From contig CAKZMC010000198.1 of assembly GCA_937128055.1 (NCBI GenBank), forward strand, positions 1-54,408: a DNA stretch of 54,408 nt, written 5' to 3'. The position numbers were made by a program, and so were the translations under genes. Below are positions 33,395 through 43,573 of this stretch, piece after piece (the first letter of the stretch is position 1; each line of letters opens with the position of its first letter). Source of the DNA: an uncultured Actinomycetes bacterium. GTDB taxonomy: Bacteria; Actinomycetota; Geothermincolia; Geothermincolales; RBG-13-55-18. Under the pieces are notes generated by a model. That model was not told the DNA's origin. It did not search any database and saw only the letters and a program-made list of their open reading frames with translations.

Positions 33395-34887
33395 GGCTTT
33401 CGCAGTTGCTGGCAGGGGTGCAGGGGGTTCGCCGCGAGGCGGGAGGTGATCCCGAGGTGGAGGGAATAGCCTACCATTCCGCGCGGGTGGAACCGGGCTA
33501 CCTGTTCTGCGCGGTCCCCGGTTTCCGCACCGACGGCCATCTCTATTTGCGCGAGGCGGCGGAACGGGGAGCCTGCGCGCTGCTGGTCGAGGAAGGCAGA
33601 GAGCTCCCGCCCGGGATAGGCGAGGGTGCGGCGGTGGTCAGGGCCGCCGATACCCGCCTGGCGTTAGCTCTCTTAAGCGACCGTTTCTGGGGCCATCCCA
33701 GCGGAAAACTGCACCTGGTGGGGATCACCGGCACCAACGGCAAGACCACCACCTCCTTCCTGGTTGAGGCGGCGGCGGAGCGGGCCGGGCTGCCCGCCGG
33801 CCTCATCGGTACCGTGGTTTACAGGATAGCCGGGCGCGAGCTTCCCGTGGATCGCACCACCCCCGAGTCGGCGGACCTGCAGGAGATCCTGGCCTCCATG
33901 GCGGAGGCGGGATGCCGGGTGGCCGCCATGGAGGTTTCCTCCCACGCTCTGGCCCTGCGCCGCGTGGACGGCTGCAGTTTCCGGGTGGCAGTTTTTACCA
34001 ACCTGAGCCAGGATCACCTTGATTTTCACCGGGATATGGAAGAGTACTACCGCGCTAAGGAGAGGCTGTTCCTGCCCCGTTCGCAGGGGGGCTTGCAGCC
34101 GGAGGCTGCGGCGGTGAACGTGGACGACCCGTACGGGAAGCGCCTGGCCGCCGCGGTGGCGGGAAGGGTGCTCACCTATGGTACGGCGGAGGACGCGGAG
34201 CTGAGGGGAAAGTTGCTGGTCACGGGTTTGAAAGAATCCCGCGTGGCGGTGCGTCACCGCGACTGGTACGCGGAGGGGGAAACCGCGCTGACGGGGTCCT
34301 TCAACCTCTATAACATCCTGGCGGCCCTGGCTGCCTGCTTGCTGCTCGGGCTGGACGCGGAGCGGTGCCTGCGGGGCATCCTCGCCCACCCCGGCGTTCC
34401 GGGGAGGTTCCAGGCGGTGGAGGAGGGGCAGGACTTCGCCGTGCTGGTGGACTACGCGCATACGCCGGATTCCCTGCGCCGTGTGCTGGAAGCGGCGCAC
34501 GAGATAGCCGAGGGCAGGGTCATCGCGGTCTTTGGATGCGGCGGCGACCGCGACCGGGGCAAGCGTCCCCTCATGGGGGAGATCGCGGCGGTGGCCTCGG
34601 ACCTCCTTATCGTCACCTCGGATAACCCGCGCAGCGAGGACCCCCTGGCCATCATCGCCGATATCGAGAGGGGCGTAAAAGGCGCTATCGGGGGCGGGTC
34701 CTACCTGGTAATACCCGACCGGCGCCGCGCCATCGAGACCGCGGTGGAGGAGGCGAGGCGGGGCGACGTGGTTCTCATCGCCGGAAAGGGGCACGAGAAG
34801 GGCCAGATCTTCGCGGACCGGGTGCTGCCTTTCGATGACGTGGAGGAGGCCGCAGGCGCCCTGCGAAGGAGGCTAGCGAGAAGATGA
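33391..34887 (+). CDS. murE: UDP-N-acetylmuramoyl-L-alanyl-D-glutamate--2,6-diaminopimelate ligase (or L-Lys-adding homologue)
   Basis: 498-aa ORF. GITGTNGKTTT P-loop. Position between ftsI and murF. GTGA overlap with ftsI. Confidence 0.9.
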   Translation: MRLSQLLAGVQGVRREAGGDPEVEGIAYHSARVEPGYLFCAVPGFRTDGHLYLREAAERGACALLVEEGRELPPGIGEGAAVVRAADTRLALALLSDRFWGHPSGKLHLVGITGTNGKTTTSFLVEAAAERAGLPAGLIGTVVYRIAGRELPVDRTTPESADLQEILASMAEAGCRVAAMEVSSHALALRRVDGCSFRVAVFTNLSQDHLDFHRDMEEYYRAKERLFLPRSQGGLQPEAAAVNVDDPYGKRLAAAVAGRVLTYGTAEDAELRGKLLVTGLKESRVAVRHRDWYAEGETALTGSFNLYNILAALAACLLLGLDAERCLRGILAHPGVPGRFQAVEEGQDFAVLVDYAHTPDSLRRVLEAAHEIAEGRVIAVFGCGGDRDRGKRPLMGEIAAVASDLLIVTSDNPRSEDPLAIIADIERGVKGAIGGGSYLVIPDRRRAIETAVEEARRGDVVLIAGKGHEKGQIFADRVLPFDDVEEAAGALRRRLARR

Positions 34888-36284
34888 TTCCCATGCGCGT
34901 GGACGAGATCGCACGCCTGCTGGACGCGGAGCTGGCCGGGGGAGGGAGGGCCGCGGCAAGGAAGATCAGCCGCGTCTCAACCGACACCCGGACCTTGCTC
35001 AAGGGAGATCTTTTCGTCGCCCTCAAGGGCGAGCGCTACGACGCACACGATTTCCTCGTGCAGGCGCTTGAAAGGGGGGCGGCGGCCCTGCTGGTGTCCC
35101 GCCTGGTGGAGAAGGCGGTGACGAAAGCCCGTCGCTCGGGTGTTCCCGTGCTGCGCGTGCGCGATACCCTGGGGGCCCTGGGGGCTCTGGCGGCGCGGCA
35201 GCGGGAGATGATGGACGCGGAAGTGGCAGCCATTACCGGGTCCACCGGCAAAACCATCACCAAGGACTTCGCCGCGTCGGTCTTATCACGGGAGGGAAGC
35301 GTCGCCTATCCGCGGCAGAGTTTCAACAACGAGGTGGGGGTCCCCCTGACCATCCTCGAGGCCGCGCCCGGGACGCGTTTCATGGTCCTGGAGATGGGAA
35401 CGCGGGGCTTGGGGCACATAAGGGACCTGTGCGCCATCGCCAGGCCGGTGGTGGGGGTGGTGACCAACGTGGGCTTCGCCCACCTGCGCTACTTCCGCAG
35501 CCGGGACAGGATCGCCGAGGCCAAGGGGGAATTGCTGCGGGCTCTTCCCCCGCGGGGAACGGCGGTGATCAACGCTGGGGACGACTACGCTGCTTACATG
35601 CGGCGCCAGGCCGCCTGCCGCACGGTCACCTTCGGGTGCGGACGGGGGGCGGAGGTGCGCGCGGAGAAGATACGCGTGGACGAGGTCGGTAGAGCCAGCT
35701 TCGTGCTGAGGCTGAAGGGAGGTGAGAAAGGAGAAGTGCGGGTACCCTTGCCGGGCCGTCACAACGTGGAGAACGCGCTGGCGGCCGCGGCGCTGGGAGA
35801 GATCATGGGGGTGAAAATGGAAAGCATCATTGCGGGTATCGAGGAAGCCAGGGTGACGGGATGGAGGATGGAAATGATTAACAGGCCGGATGAAATCACC
35901 ATCATCAACGACGCCTACAATGCAAACCCGGTATCCATGCGCTCGGCCCTCATGGCCCTGGGTGATATCGCGCGGGGAAAGAGGACCATCGCCGTCCTGG
36001 GGGAAATGGCGGAGCTGGGCCCAATTTCAGAGCAGGCCCACCGGGAGGTGGGCAGGATGGCCGTGGACTACGGGACGGACATCCTCATAACCGTGGGCAG
36101 GAAGGCGCGCAAGATCGCCCAGGCGGCGCGGGAGAAGGGTCTGCCCCGCGGCAGCGTGTATGCCGTGGAGAGGGTGGACAAGGCGGCGGAGATACTGCGG
36201 GCCATCATCGAGCCCGGGGACGTGGTGCTCATCAAGGGCTCGCGTTTCCTGGGACTGGAAAAGCTGGTGGAGATGGTGGCCTGA
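34884..36284 (+). CDS. murF: UDP-N-acetylmuramoyl-tripeptide--D-alanyl-D-alanine ligase
   Basis: 466-aa ORF. ITGSTGKTITK P-loop. ATGA overlap with murE. Confidence 0.9.
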   Translation: MIPMRVDEIARLLDAELAGGGRAAARKISRVSTDTRTLLKGDLFVALKGERYDAHDFLVQALERGAAALLVSRLVEKAVTKARRSGVPVLRVRDTLGALGALAARQREMMDAEVAAITGSTGKTITKDFAASVLSREGSVAYPRQSFNNEVGVPLTILEAAPGTRFMVLEMGTRGLGHIRDLCAIARPVVGVVTNVGFAHLRYFRSRDRIAEAKGELLRALPPRGTAVINAGDDYAAYMRRQAACRTVTFGCGRGAEVRAEKIRVDEVGRASFVLRLKGGEKGEVRVPLPGRHNVENALAAAALGEIMGVKMESIIAGIEEARVTGWRMEMINRPDEITIINDAYNANPVSMRSALMALGDIARGKRTIAVLGEMAELGPISEQAHREVGRMAVDYGTDILITVGRKARKIAQAAREKGLPRGSVYAVERVDKAAEILRAIIEPGDVVLIKGSRFLGLEKLVEMVA

Positions 36285-36358
36285 CCTCCGGAGGGGTGTT
36301 ATAGTCGCTGGCGAGGAAGGCGGCCTGATCGTGGCTGGCCGGAAAGGAGAAGACGCCC

Positions 36359-37378
36359 TTGTACCGGGTGATGGGAGCGCTCCTGATCAGCCTGCTTGTG
36401 TGCATCTTCGGCATGCCCGTCTTTATCGGCTGGTTGCGGAGGCGTGGCATAGGACAGTACATAAGGGAGGACGGGCCGCGGGCCCACCTGGCCAAGGAGG
36501 GAACCCCCACCATGGGGGGAGTGCTCATCGTCATCTCCACCCTGGCGGGTTTTCTCCTCATGGCGGTGAGGTTGGCCTCAGGGACGGGTTTCGCCCTTGG
36601 TCTGGTGATCCTGGGATGCGGGCTGCTCGGCTTCGCCGACGATTACACCAAGCTGCGCTACGCGCGCTCCCTGGGGCTGCGGGTCCGCAGCAAGCTCTTC
36701 TGGCAGCTGCTCATATCCATAGCGCTGGCCTACCTGGCGACTGAGCACTTCGGCGTGGACACCAAGCTTTACTTCTTCCGGACCCAGACGGTGCTCTGCG
36801 ATCTGGGACCCCTTTATTATCTGCTTGTCTTTCTCTTGATCATCGGTTTCTCCAACGCTGTCAACCTGACCGACGGACTCGACGGCCTGGCTTCCGGGAC
36901 CACCATACTGGTGATGACCGCCTACGTCCTCATAGCCTTCACGCAGTTCCGCAACCACCAGTTCCTTTACCACCACGTGCAGGGTTCGCTGGATATCGCC
37001 ATCTTCGCCGGGGCCATGATGGGCAGTTGCGTGGGTTTCCTGTGGTGGAACGCGCCTCCCGCCAAGATCTTCATGGGCGACACCGGCTCGCTCGCCCTGG
37101 GCGGGAGCCTGGCCACGGTGGCCGTCCTCTCCAAGACGGAACTGCTCCTGCTGGTCCTGGGCGGTCTCTTCGTGCTGGAGGCCATCTCCGTCATCTTGCA
37201 GGTTCTGGGATACAAGGCGACCCGGCGGAGGATCTTCCGGATGGCTCCCCTGCATCACCATTTCGAGCTCAAGGGCTGGTCCGAGGTGACCACGCTGATC
37301 AGGTTATGGATCGTGGCCGGATTTTTCGTGGGGATCGGATTCCTCTTCTTCTACATCAATTACGTGGGAGGGAAATGA
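36359..37378 (+). CDS. mraY: Phospho-N-acetylmuramoyl-pentapeptide transferase
   Basis: 339-aa polytopic ORF with NAVNLTDGLDGLA and MGDTGSLALGG motifs. Start TTG 36359 or ATG 36371. Confidence 0.93.
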   Translation: MYRVMGALLISLLVCIFGMPVFIGWLRRRGIGQYIREDGPRAHLAKEGTPTMGGVLIVISTLAGFLLMAVRLASGTGFALGLVILGCGLLGFADDYTKLRYARSLGLRVRSKLFWQLLISIALAYLATEHFGVDTKLYFFRTQTVLCDLGPLYYLLVFLLIIGFSNAVNLTDGLDGLASGTTILVMTAYVLIAFTQFRNHQFLYHHVQGSLDIAIFAGAMMGSCVGFLWWNAPPAKIFMGDTGSLALGGSLATVAVLSKTELLLLVLGGLFVLEAISVILQVLGYKATRRRIFRMAPLHHHFELKGWSEVTTLIRLWIVAGFFVGIGFLFFYINYVGGK

Positions 37379-37421
37379 GAGGCTTGTCGCGTGGAGGCGG
37401 GAACATGCGTAAGCGAAACGG

Positions 37422-38855
37422 GTGCTCCGGGGATTGATGCGCATGGATGCTTTAGAGGGTGCGAAGCTGGTCCTGGTCGTGGGGTTGGGCATCTCCGGCC
37501 GCGCGGCCACGGATAAGCTTTTGCGTGAGGGCAAGAAGGTGAGGATCAACGACGCGTCCGATTGCGCTGAGATGCGCGAAAGGGCGCGCGAGTACGCGGA
37601 GAGGGGCGCGGAAGTGGTCCTGGGCCATCACCGGCCTGAGGTGCTGGAGGGGGTGGACCTGGTGGTGGTGAGCCCCGGCGTGCGGGGAAGGTTGCCCCTG
37701 CTCCGGGAGGCGGAAGCAAGGGGAATAGCGGTGTGGAGCGAGATAGAACTGGCCTGGAGATACGCGCGCGGGCCCCTCGTCGCCGTCACCGGCACCAACG
37801 GCAAGACCACGACTGTGAGCATGATCGAGGCGATCCTTAAGGAGGCGGGCATGCCGGCCGTGGCGGCGGGGAACATAGGGCATCCCCTGGTCGCCGCGGT
37901 GGAGGAAGCGGGGCCGGGAGATCCCCTCGTGGTAGAAGTTTCCAGCTTCCAGCTCTATTACATACGCGAGTTCCGCCCCCGGGTTTCCGTGCTGCTCAAC
38001 ATCGCGGAAGACCACCTGGACTGGCACGAAAGCCTGGAGGATTACATAGCCTCCAAGAGCCGCATATGGAAAAACCAGCGCGGGGAGGAGTGCGTGGTGT
38101 GCAATCTCGACGACCCCTTGTGCCTGCAGGCGGTGAAGGACGCCGAGGCGCAACTGTTATATTTTTCCAGAAAGGACAAGGAGGAGGCCGAGGTCTTTCT
38201 CCGCGAAGGGACGCTCTATTGCCGCGCTTCCCTACAGGGCGGGGAGGGACGGGAGCCGCTGCCCGTCATGCGCGCCGAAGAGCTGCTCTTGCCCGGGGAA
38301 CATAACCTGGAGAACGCCATGGCCGCCACGGCGGCCGCCATGGCCTTGGGCGCTGGCAGCCGGGCGGCGGGAGAAGCCCTGCGCGGCTTTCGGGGACTTG
38401 CCCACCGCCTGCAGATGGTGGGGGAGCACGGGGGGGTGCGCTTCTACGACGATTCCAAGGCCACCAACCCCCACGCCGCCGCGCGGGCCCTGGGCGCCTT
38501 CACGCAGCCCCTCCTGGTGATCCTGGGAGGGAGGAACAAGGGATTGCCCTTCGGGCAGCTTGCGGAGATGCTGTCCGAACGCTCGCAGGCGGGGAGGCTG
38601 AGGATGGTCTACGCGGTGGGGGAGGCGGCGGCGGAGATAACTTCCGTGTTGTCCGCCGTGCGGCCGCCCCTGCCCTTGCGGAGCATGGACCGTCTGGAGG
38701 AGGTTTTTTCCGATCTGCCGGAAACGGCGAGGCCGGGGGACGTGGTCCTCTTCAGCCCGGCCTGCGCCTCCTTCGACCGTTACCGGGATTACAGGGAACG
38801 CGGCAAGCATTTCCAGCAACTGGTAGAGAAGTACCGGAGGTCTGCCTATGGGTGA
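37422..38855 (+). CDS. murD: UDP-N-acetylmuramoylalanine--D-glutamate ligase
   Basis: 477-aa ORF. GLGISGRA N-terminal Rossmann motif, VTGTNGKTTT P-loop. Start GTG 37422 or ATG 37437. Confidence 0.9.
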   Translation: MLRGLMRMDALEGAKLVLVVGLGISGRAATDKLLREGKKVRINDASDCAEMRERAREYAERGAEVVLGHHRPEVLEGVDLVVVSPGVRGRLPLLREAEARGIAVWSEIELAWRYARGPLVAVTGTNGKTTTVSMIEAILKEAGMPAVAAGNIGHPLVAAVEEAGPGDPLVVEVSSFQLYYIREFRPRVSVLLNIAEDHLDWHESLEDYIASKSRIWKNQRGEECVVCNLDDPLCLQAVKDAEAQLLYFSRKDKEEAEVFLREGTLYCRASLQGGEGREPLPVMRAEELLLPGEHNLENAMAATAAAMALGAGSRAAGEALRGFRGLAHRLQMVGEHGGVRFYDDSKATNPHAAARALGAFTQPLLVILGGRNKGLPFGQLAEMLSERSQAGRLRMVYAVGEAAAEITSVLSAVRPPLPLRSMDRLEEVFSDLPETARPGDVVLFSPACASFDRYRDYRERGKHFQQLVEKYRRSAYG

Positions 38856-40224
38856 GCGCGGACATGCCCGTGCGGAACAGCCAAGAGGACGCCGTCCGCC
38901 GGAAGCCCTGGTGGAAGCCAGGAGGCGTGCGGCGGAGAGGGAGGCCCGAAAGAACGCCACCTTTCGTCCCCAGGGGGGCTCCAGGGTGATCCCGCTGAAG
39001 GACAGGACCAGGAGGTCCCGCAAGGCGGGTTTCACCGGCACCGACTACACCCTGCTGGCCGTGGTCATGCTCATGTCGCTATACGGGATGGTCATGATCT
39101 TCTCCGCGAGCTCGGGGGCCGCCCTGCACAATTACGGGTCGAGCTATTACTTCATCGTCCGCCAGGCCGCGTGGTTCGGGGTGGGGATGGTGGCCATGGC
39201 GGCGCTGGCCAACACCGACTACCGGAAGCTACTGAAGGTATCGCCGCTGCTGGTAGCCGTCTCCCTGGCGGCGCTCGCCGCCGTTCTCCTCTTCGGCAAG
39301 GAGGTCTATGGATCCAAGCGCTCCCTGGAGCTGGGGCCGCTGGTGATGCAGCCTTCGGAGCTGGCCAAGCTGTCCATACTTCTCTTCGCCGTCTCGTGGT
39401 ACGGGAGGGAAAAGGGACGCCTGGAAAGCTGGCGGGAAATCTGCATGCCGGTCCTCGCCGTCACCGCCGCGGCCTGCCTGCTGATCATTCTCGAACCGGA
39501 CCTGGGCAGCATGCTCATCGTGGGGCTTTCCGCTTTTGCCGTGCTCTTCCTCTCGCACGCGAAGCGCGGCAAGATATTCGCCCTTGCCCTGGCGGGCATG
39601 GGGCTGACGGCGTTTTTCATCTTTATCTCCCCCTACCGCAGGGCCCGCTTCATCGCCTTCCTGGATCCCTGGAGCGCTCCGCGGGAGGGCGGCTTTCACA
39701 TCATCCAGTCCCTTTTGGCCCTGGGCTCTGGAAGGGTGGCCGGCCTGGGACTGGGGATGAGCCGCCAGAAGTTCTTCTATCTGCCCAACGCGCACACTGA
39801 CTTCATCTTCTCCATCATCGGCGAAGAGCTGGGGTTGGTGGGATCGCTGGCCGTCATCGCGCTCTTCGCCGTTTTTATCTACCTGGGGTTGAAGATCTCG
39901 CGGGGAGCCGGGGACGGTTACGGGCGCCTGCTGGCCATGGGCATCACCTGCCTCATAGGCGCGCAGGCCTTGGTCAACATGGGTGCGGCCTGCGGGGTGA
40001 TGCCCATCACCGGGATCACCCTCCCCTTCTTCAGCTACGGTGGCTCTTCACTGGTGATTTGCCTCTCCCTGGCCGGTATACTCGTAAGCGTTTCACGGCG
40101 GGGTGGGACTGCGCGGCCCGGAATGGACAGGAGGAAACGGCGTGAGAGTGGCGATATGCGGCGGGGGAACCGGAGGCCACCTCCATCCCCTTCTCGCGGT
40201 GGCCGAGGAGCTCGTATCGCGTGA
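38848..40224 (+). CDS. ftsW: SEDS peptidoglycan glycosyltransferase FtsW
   Basis: 458-aa polytopic ORF. PSELAKL, LEPDLGS and LPNAHTDFIFSIIGEELG motifs. Arg-rich N- and C-terminal tails. Overlaps the murD stop (ATGGGTGA). Confidence 0.9.
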   Translation: MGERGHARAEQPRGRRPPEALVEARRRAAEREARKNATFRPQGGSRVIPLKDRTRRSRKAGFTGTDYTLLAVVMLMSLYGMVMIFSASSGAALHNYGSSYYFIVRQAAWFGVGMVAMAALANTDYRKLLKVSPLLVAVSLAALAAVLLFGKEVYGSKRSLELGPLVMQPSELAKLSILLFAVSWYGREKGRLESWREICMPVLAVTAAACLLIILEPDLGSMLIVGLSAFAVLFLSHAKRGKIFALALAGMGLTAFFIFISPYRRARFIAFLDPWSAPREGGFHIIQSLLALGSGRVAGLGLGMSRQKFFYLPNAHTDFIFSIIGEELGLVGSLAVIALFAVFIYLGLKISRGAGDGYGRLLAMGITCLIGAQALVNMGAACGVMPITGITLPFFSYGGSSLVICLSLAGILVSVSRRGGTARPGMDRRKRRESGDMRRGNRRPPPSPSRGGRGARIA

Positions 40225-41239
40225 GGGAGCGGAGGTGACCCTGTACCTCAACCGCAAGGCTCCCAGCGCCGCCGGCATGCCGCGGTGCCGTTTGGTGACC
40301 CTGAAGGTGAGCGGCTTCGCCCGCCGTTTGCGGCGGGAAAACGCGCGGGCGGCGCGGGAGCTCTTCCGCGCCACGCGGGAATGCCGGTCGGATATGCGCC
40401 GCCAGCTGCCGCGGGTCGCAGTGGCTTTCGGGGGTTACGCCAGCGTCCCGGGAGCCCTGGCCGCGCTCAGCTTGCGCGTCCCCCTGGTGCTCCACGAGCA
40501 GAACGTGATACCCGGTTCCGCCAATCGCCTGCTGGCCCCCCTGGCCAGGAGGATAACCGTCTCCTTTGCGGATACCCTGGACGTGTGCCCGGGTTGGCGG
40601 AACAAGGCGGTGGTTACCGGAAATCCCCTCCTGAAGAGGGGTGAAGGCCAAGAGGACCCTTACCGGTACTTCGGGCTGGCCGAGGGAAGGAAGACGCTGG
40701 CGGTGGTGGGAGGCAGCCAGGGGGCGGCCTCGCTCAACCGCGCGGTACTGGGAGCCCTTCCTGCCTGGAAGGACCGCCGCGACCTGCAGGTCCTGCACGC
40801 GGTGGGAAGGGACAAGTACCAGGATTTCATGGCCGAGGCGGCGAAAGTGGACTACGGCGGGCTGATCTACCGTCCGCTGGGTTTCGTGGAGCGCATGGAC
40901 CTGCTCTACCGGGTGGCGGATCTGGTGGTCTGCAGGGCGGGGGCAGCGACCGTGGCGGAGCTGGCGGCCGCCGGGCGTGGGGCCATCCTGGTCCCCTACC
41001 CCTATGCCACCGCCTCCCACCAGGACGCCAACGCCGAGGTGCTGCGGCGTCGCGGCGCGGCGGTGGTGGTTCCCGACGGCGAACTGGACGGCGATCGCCT
41101 GCGGGAGGAGGTCGATAGGCTGCTGGCCGAGGAGGGAAGGCTGCGGGAGATGGGGGAAGCGGCGCGAGGCGAAGCGAAGCCGCAGGCCGCATCGCATGTC
41201 GCTGAGATCGTGATCGCCCTGGCCGAGGAGGAGAAGTGA
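40142..41239 (+). CDS. murG: UDP-N-acetylglucosamine--N-acetylmuramyl-(pentapeptide) pyrophosphoryl-undecaprenol GlcNAc transferase
   Basis: N-terminus VRVAICGGGTGGHLHPLLAV (G-loop). Start set at in-frame GTG 40142 (the ORF opens at 40103). Overlaps the ftsW 3' end by about 83 nt. Confidence 0.9.
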   Translation: MRVAICGGGTGGHLHPLLAVAEELVSREGAEVTLYLNRKAPSAAGMPRCRLVTLKVSGFARRLRRENARAARELFRATRECRSDMRRQLPRVAVAFGGYASVPGALAALSLRVPLVLHEQNVIPGSANRLLAPLARRITVSFADTLDVCPGWRNKAVVTGNPLLKRGEGQEDPYRYFGLAEGRKTLAVVGGSQGAASLNRAVLGALPAWKDRRDLQVLHAVGRDKYQDFMAEAAKVDYGGLIYRPLGFVERMDLLYRVADLVVCRAGAATVAELAAAGRGAILVPYPYATASHQDANAEVLRRRGAAVVVPDGELDGDRLREEVDRLLAEEGRLREMGEAARGEAKPQAASHVAEIVIALAEEEK

Positions 41240-42630
41240 GGCAGCGGGAAAGGGTGCATTTCGTGGGGATCGGCGGCGCGGGAATGAGCGCCATAGCCGC
41301 CGTGCTCCTGGCCAAGGGGGTTGAGGTGAGCGGCTCCGATCTCAAGGAGACGCGCAACACGGTACGCCTGGGCGAGCTGGGTGCGCGGGTCCACATCGGC
41401 CACCGGCCGGAGAACGTGGAGGGAGCGGACATCGTGGTGGTTTCCTCCGCCGTCCCGGAGCGGAACAGGGAACTCGCCCGCGCCCGCGAGCTTTCCCTGC
41501 CCGTGCTCCCCCGGGCGGCCATGCTCGCGCGCCTCATGGATGAAGGGAAGGGCATAGCGGTGGCCGGCACCCACGGCAAGACCACCACCACGTCCATGGT
41601 GGCCATGATCCTCGCCCAGGCGGGCATGGATCCCACCTATGTGGTGGGCGGCGAGCTGAACGACGTGGGGAGCAACGCCCACGCGGGCAGCGGCGAGTAC
41701 GTGGTGGCGGAGGCAGATGAGAGCGACGGCTCTTTCTTGCTGCTGAAGCCCTGGGCAGCGGTAGTCACCAACGTGGAGGCGGACCACCTGGATTTCTTCG
41801 GCGATCCCCGGAGGGTGCAGGAGTATTTCGCACGCTTCGTCTCCCTGGTGGATCCGCACGGCGTGGTGGTCTTGGGGGGAGACGATGCAGGCGCGCGTTC
41901 CTTGCTGGGGAAGAGCGGCGCCAGGCAGGTCACCTTCGGCGGGGGAGAGGACAGCGACTACCGCTTCCGGGACCTGCAGCTCTTTGCGGGGGGCAGCTCC
42001 TTCCGGGTGTCTGCGCGCGGCGAGGAGCTCGGTGGGATGGAACTGGAAATACCGGGGCTGCACAACGTGTACAACGCCCTGGCGGCCACCGCCCTCACCC
42101 ATACCCTGGGAGTGGATTTCGACGCCATCGCCGGCGCCCTCTCCTCCTTCAAGGGGGTCAGGCGCCGCTACCAGCGGGTGAGCGAGGTGGCTGGGGTGAG
42201 GATCGTCGACGATTATGCCCACCATCCCTCCGAGGTCGTGTCCACCCTCGAGGCCGCCGCCCTGGAAAGGGAGCGGCGGCTCGTCTGCCTCTTTCAGCCC
42301 CACCGCTATTCGCGCACGGCGGCCCTCTGGAAGGAGTTCGGGAGCGCCTTCTCCCGTGCCGACCTCCTCATCCTGACGGACGTCTATGCCGCCGGGGAGG
42401 ATCCCCTTCCGGGGGTGGACGGCAAGCTCATCGTGAACGCCGTCCTGGAAGCGGATCCCGCGAAGCAGGTGGTTTATGTGCCGAGAAGGTCGTCGCTGGG
42501 CGAGGCGGCCCTGCGCTTCATCCGCCGCGGGGACCTGGTCCTGACCATGGGCGCCGGCGACATATCCCTCTGCGCCACGGAGATCGCGGATCTCCTGCAG
42601 GACAGGGGTGAGAACGGTGTCCGGGGATGA
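41236..42630 (+). CDS. murC: UDP-N-acetylmuramate--L-alanine ligase
   Basis: 464-aa ORF. HFVGIGGAGMSA, AGTHGKTTTT. GTGA overlap with murG. Confidence 0.92.
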   Translation: MRQRERVHFVGIGGAGMSAIAAVLLAKGVEVSGSDLKETRNTVRLGELGARVHIGHRPENVEGADIVVVSSAVPERNRELARARELSLPVLPRAAMLARLMDEGKGIAVAGTHGKTTTTSMVAMILAQAGMDPTYVVGGELNDVGSNAHAGSGEYVVAEADESDGSFLLLKPWAAVVTNVEADHLDFFGDPRRVQEYFARFVSLVDPHGVVVLGGDDAGARSLLGKSGARQVTFGGGEDSDYRFRDLQLFAGGSSFRVSARGEELGGMELEIPGLHNVYNALAATALTHTLGVDFDAIAGALSSFKGVRRRYQRVSEVAGVRIVDDYAHHPSEVVSTLEAAALERERRLVCLFQPHRYSRTAALWKEFGSAFSRADLLILTDVYAAGEDPLPGVDGKLIVNAVLEADPAKQVVYVPRRSSLGEAALRFIRRGDLVLTMGAGDISLCATEIADLLQDRGENGVRG

Positions 42631-43573
42631 GCGCGCGGAGCGCGTCCTCGCCGTGAAGGGCAGGCTCGAGGGAAGGTTGAAGGGGGGGCTGGAAGAAGGA
42701 GTCCACTTGTCGGGGTTCACCTCCTTTCGCATCGGGGGGCCCGCGGACTTGCTGGTCATACCCAAGGGCAGGGAGGATCTCGCGCTGGTTTCCCGGGCCC
42801 TGGTGGAGGAGGGGGCTGATTTCCTGGTATTGGGGAGGGGGAGCAACCTACTGGTTTCCGACGACGGCTTCCGTGGGGTGGTGATCTACCTCTCCCGCGG
42901 CATGAGGAGAATACGCGTGAAAAATAAATATGAAGTTGAGGTAGAAGCAGGCTGTGACCTCAACGCTTTGATTAGGCATTGCATGGAGTGCGAGATATCC
43001 GGCCTGGAGGAGCTTTCCGGCATACCGGGCAGCGTGGGCGGCGCCGTGCGCATGAACGCCGGTGCCCGGGGGGTCTCTTTCGGTGAGCGGGTGGGCGAGA
43101 TAAGGCTGTTGCGCCTAGGAGAGAGTGACGTGGAGGAGATATGCCTGGGACGGCAGGAAGCCGGTTTCGCCTACCGGGATGCCCGGGGGGTGGAAGAGGG
43201 GGACATCATCTATGAGGTCTCGCTCGAGCTCGAGAAGGGAGACAGGGAGAGTTCGCGCATGAAGTGCGAGGAGGCGATGTCCTGGCGCAGGGAGAGCCAG
43301 CCCTTGGGGCAACCGTCGGCGGGGAGCGTCTTCCTCAACCCGGAGGGGGGGTCGGCGGGAGAGATAATCGACAGGTGCGGCCTGAAAGGGGCGCGGGTCG
43401 GGGAGGCCATGGTCTCGCCCAAGCACGCCAACTTCATCGTCAACCTGGGCAGGGCCTCCGCGGAGGACGTGCGGGCGCTCATCGGCAGGATAAAGGAGGA
43501 AGTGCTGCGCAGGGAGGGAGTGGAGCTGCGCGAGGAAATAAGGATGGTGGGTTTTCCGGGCGGTGAAAGATGA
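42608..43573 (+). CDS. murB: UDP-N-acetylenolpyruvoylglucosamine reductase
   Basis: 321-aa ORF. FRIGGPAD, GRGSNLL, PGSVGGA, SAGSVF. Start GTG 42608 or 42617, overlapping the murC end. Confidence 0.9.
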   Translation: MRTVSGDERAERVLAVKGRLEGRLKGGLEEGVHLSGFTSFRIGGPADLLVIPKGREDLALVSRALVEEGADFLVLGRGSNLLVSDDGFRGVVIYLSRGMRRIRVKNKYEVEVEAGCDLNALIRHCMECEISGLEELSGIPGSVGGAVRMNAGARGVSFGERVGEIRLLRLGESDVEEICLGRQEAGFAYRDARGVEEGDIIYEVSLELEKGDRESSRMKCEEAMSWRRESQPLGQPSAGSVFLNPEGGSAGEIIDRCGLKGARVGEAMVSPKHANFIVNLGRASAEDVRALIGRIKEEVLRREGVELREEIRMVGFPGGER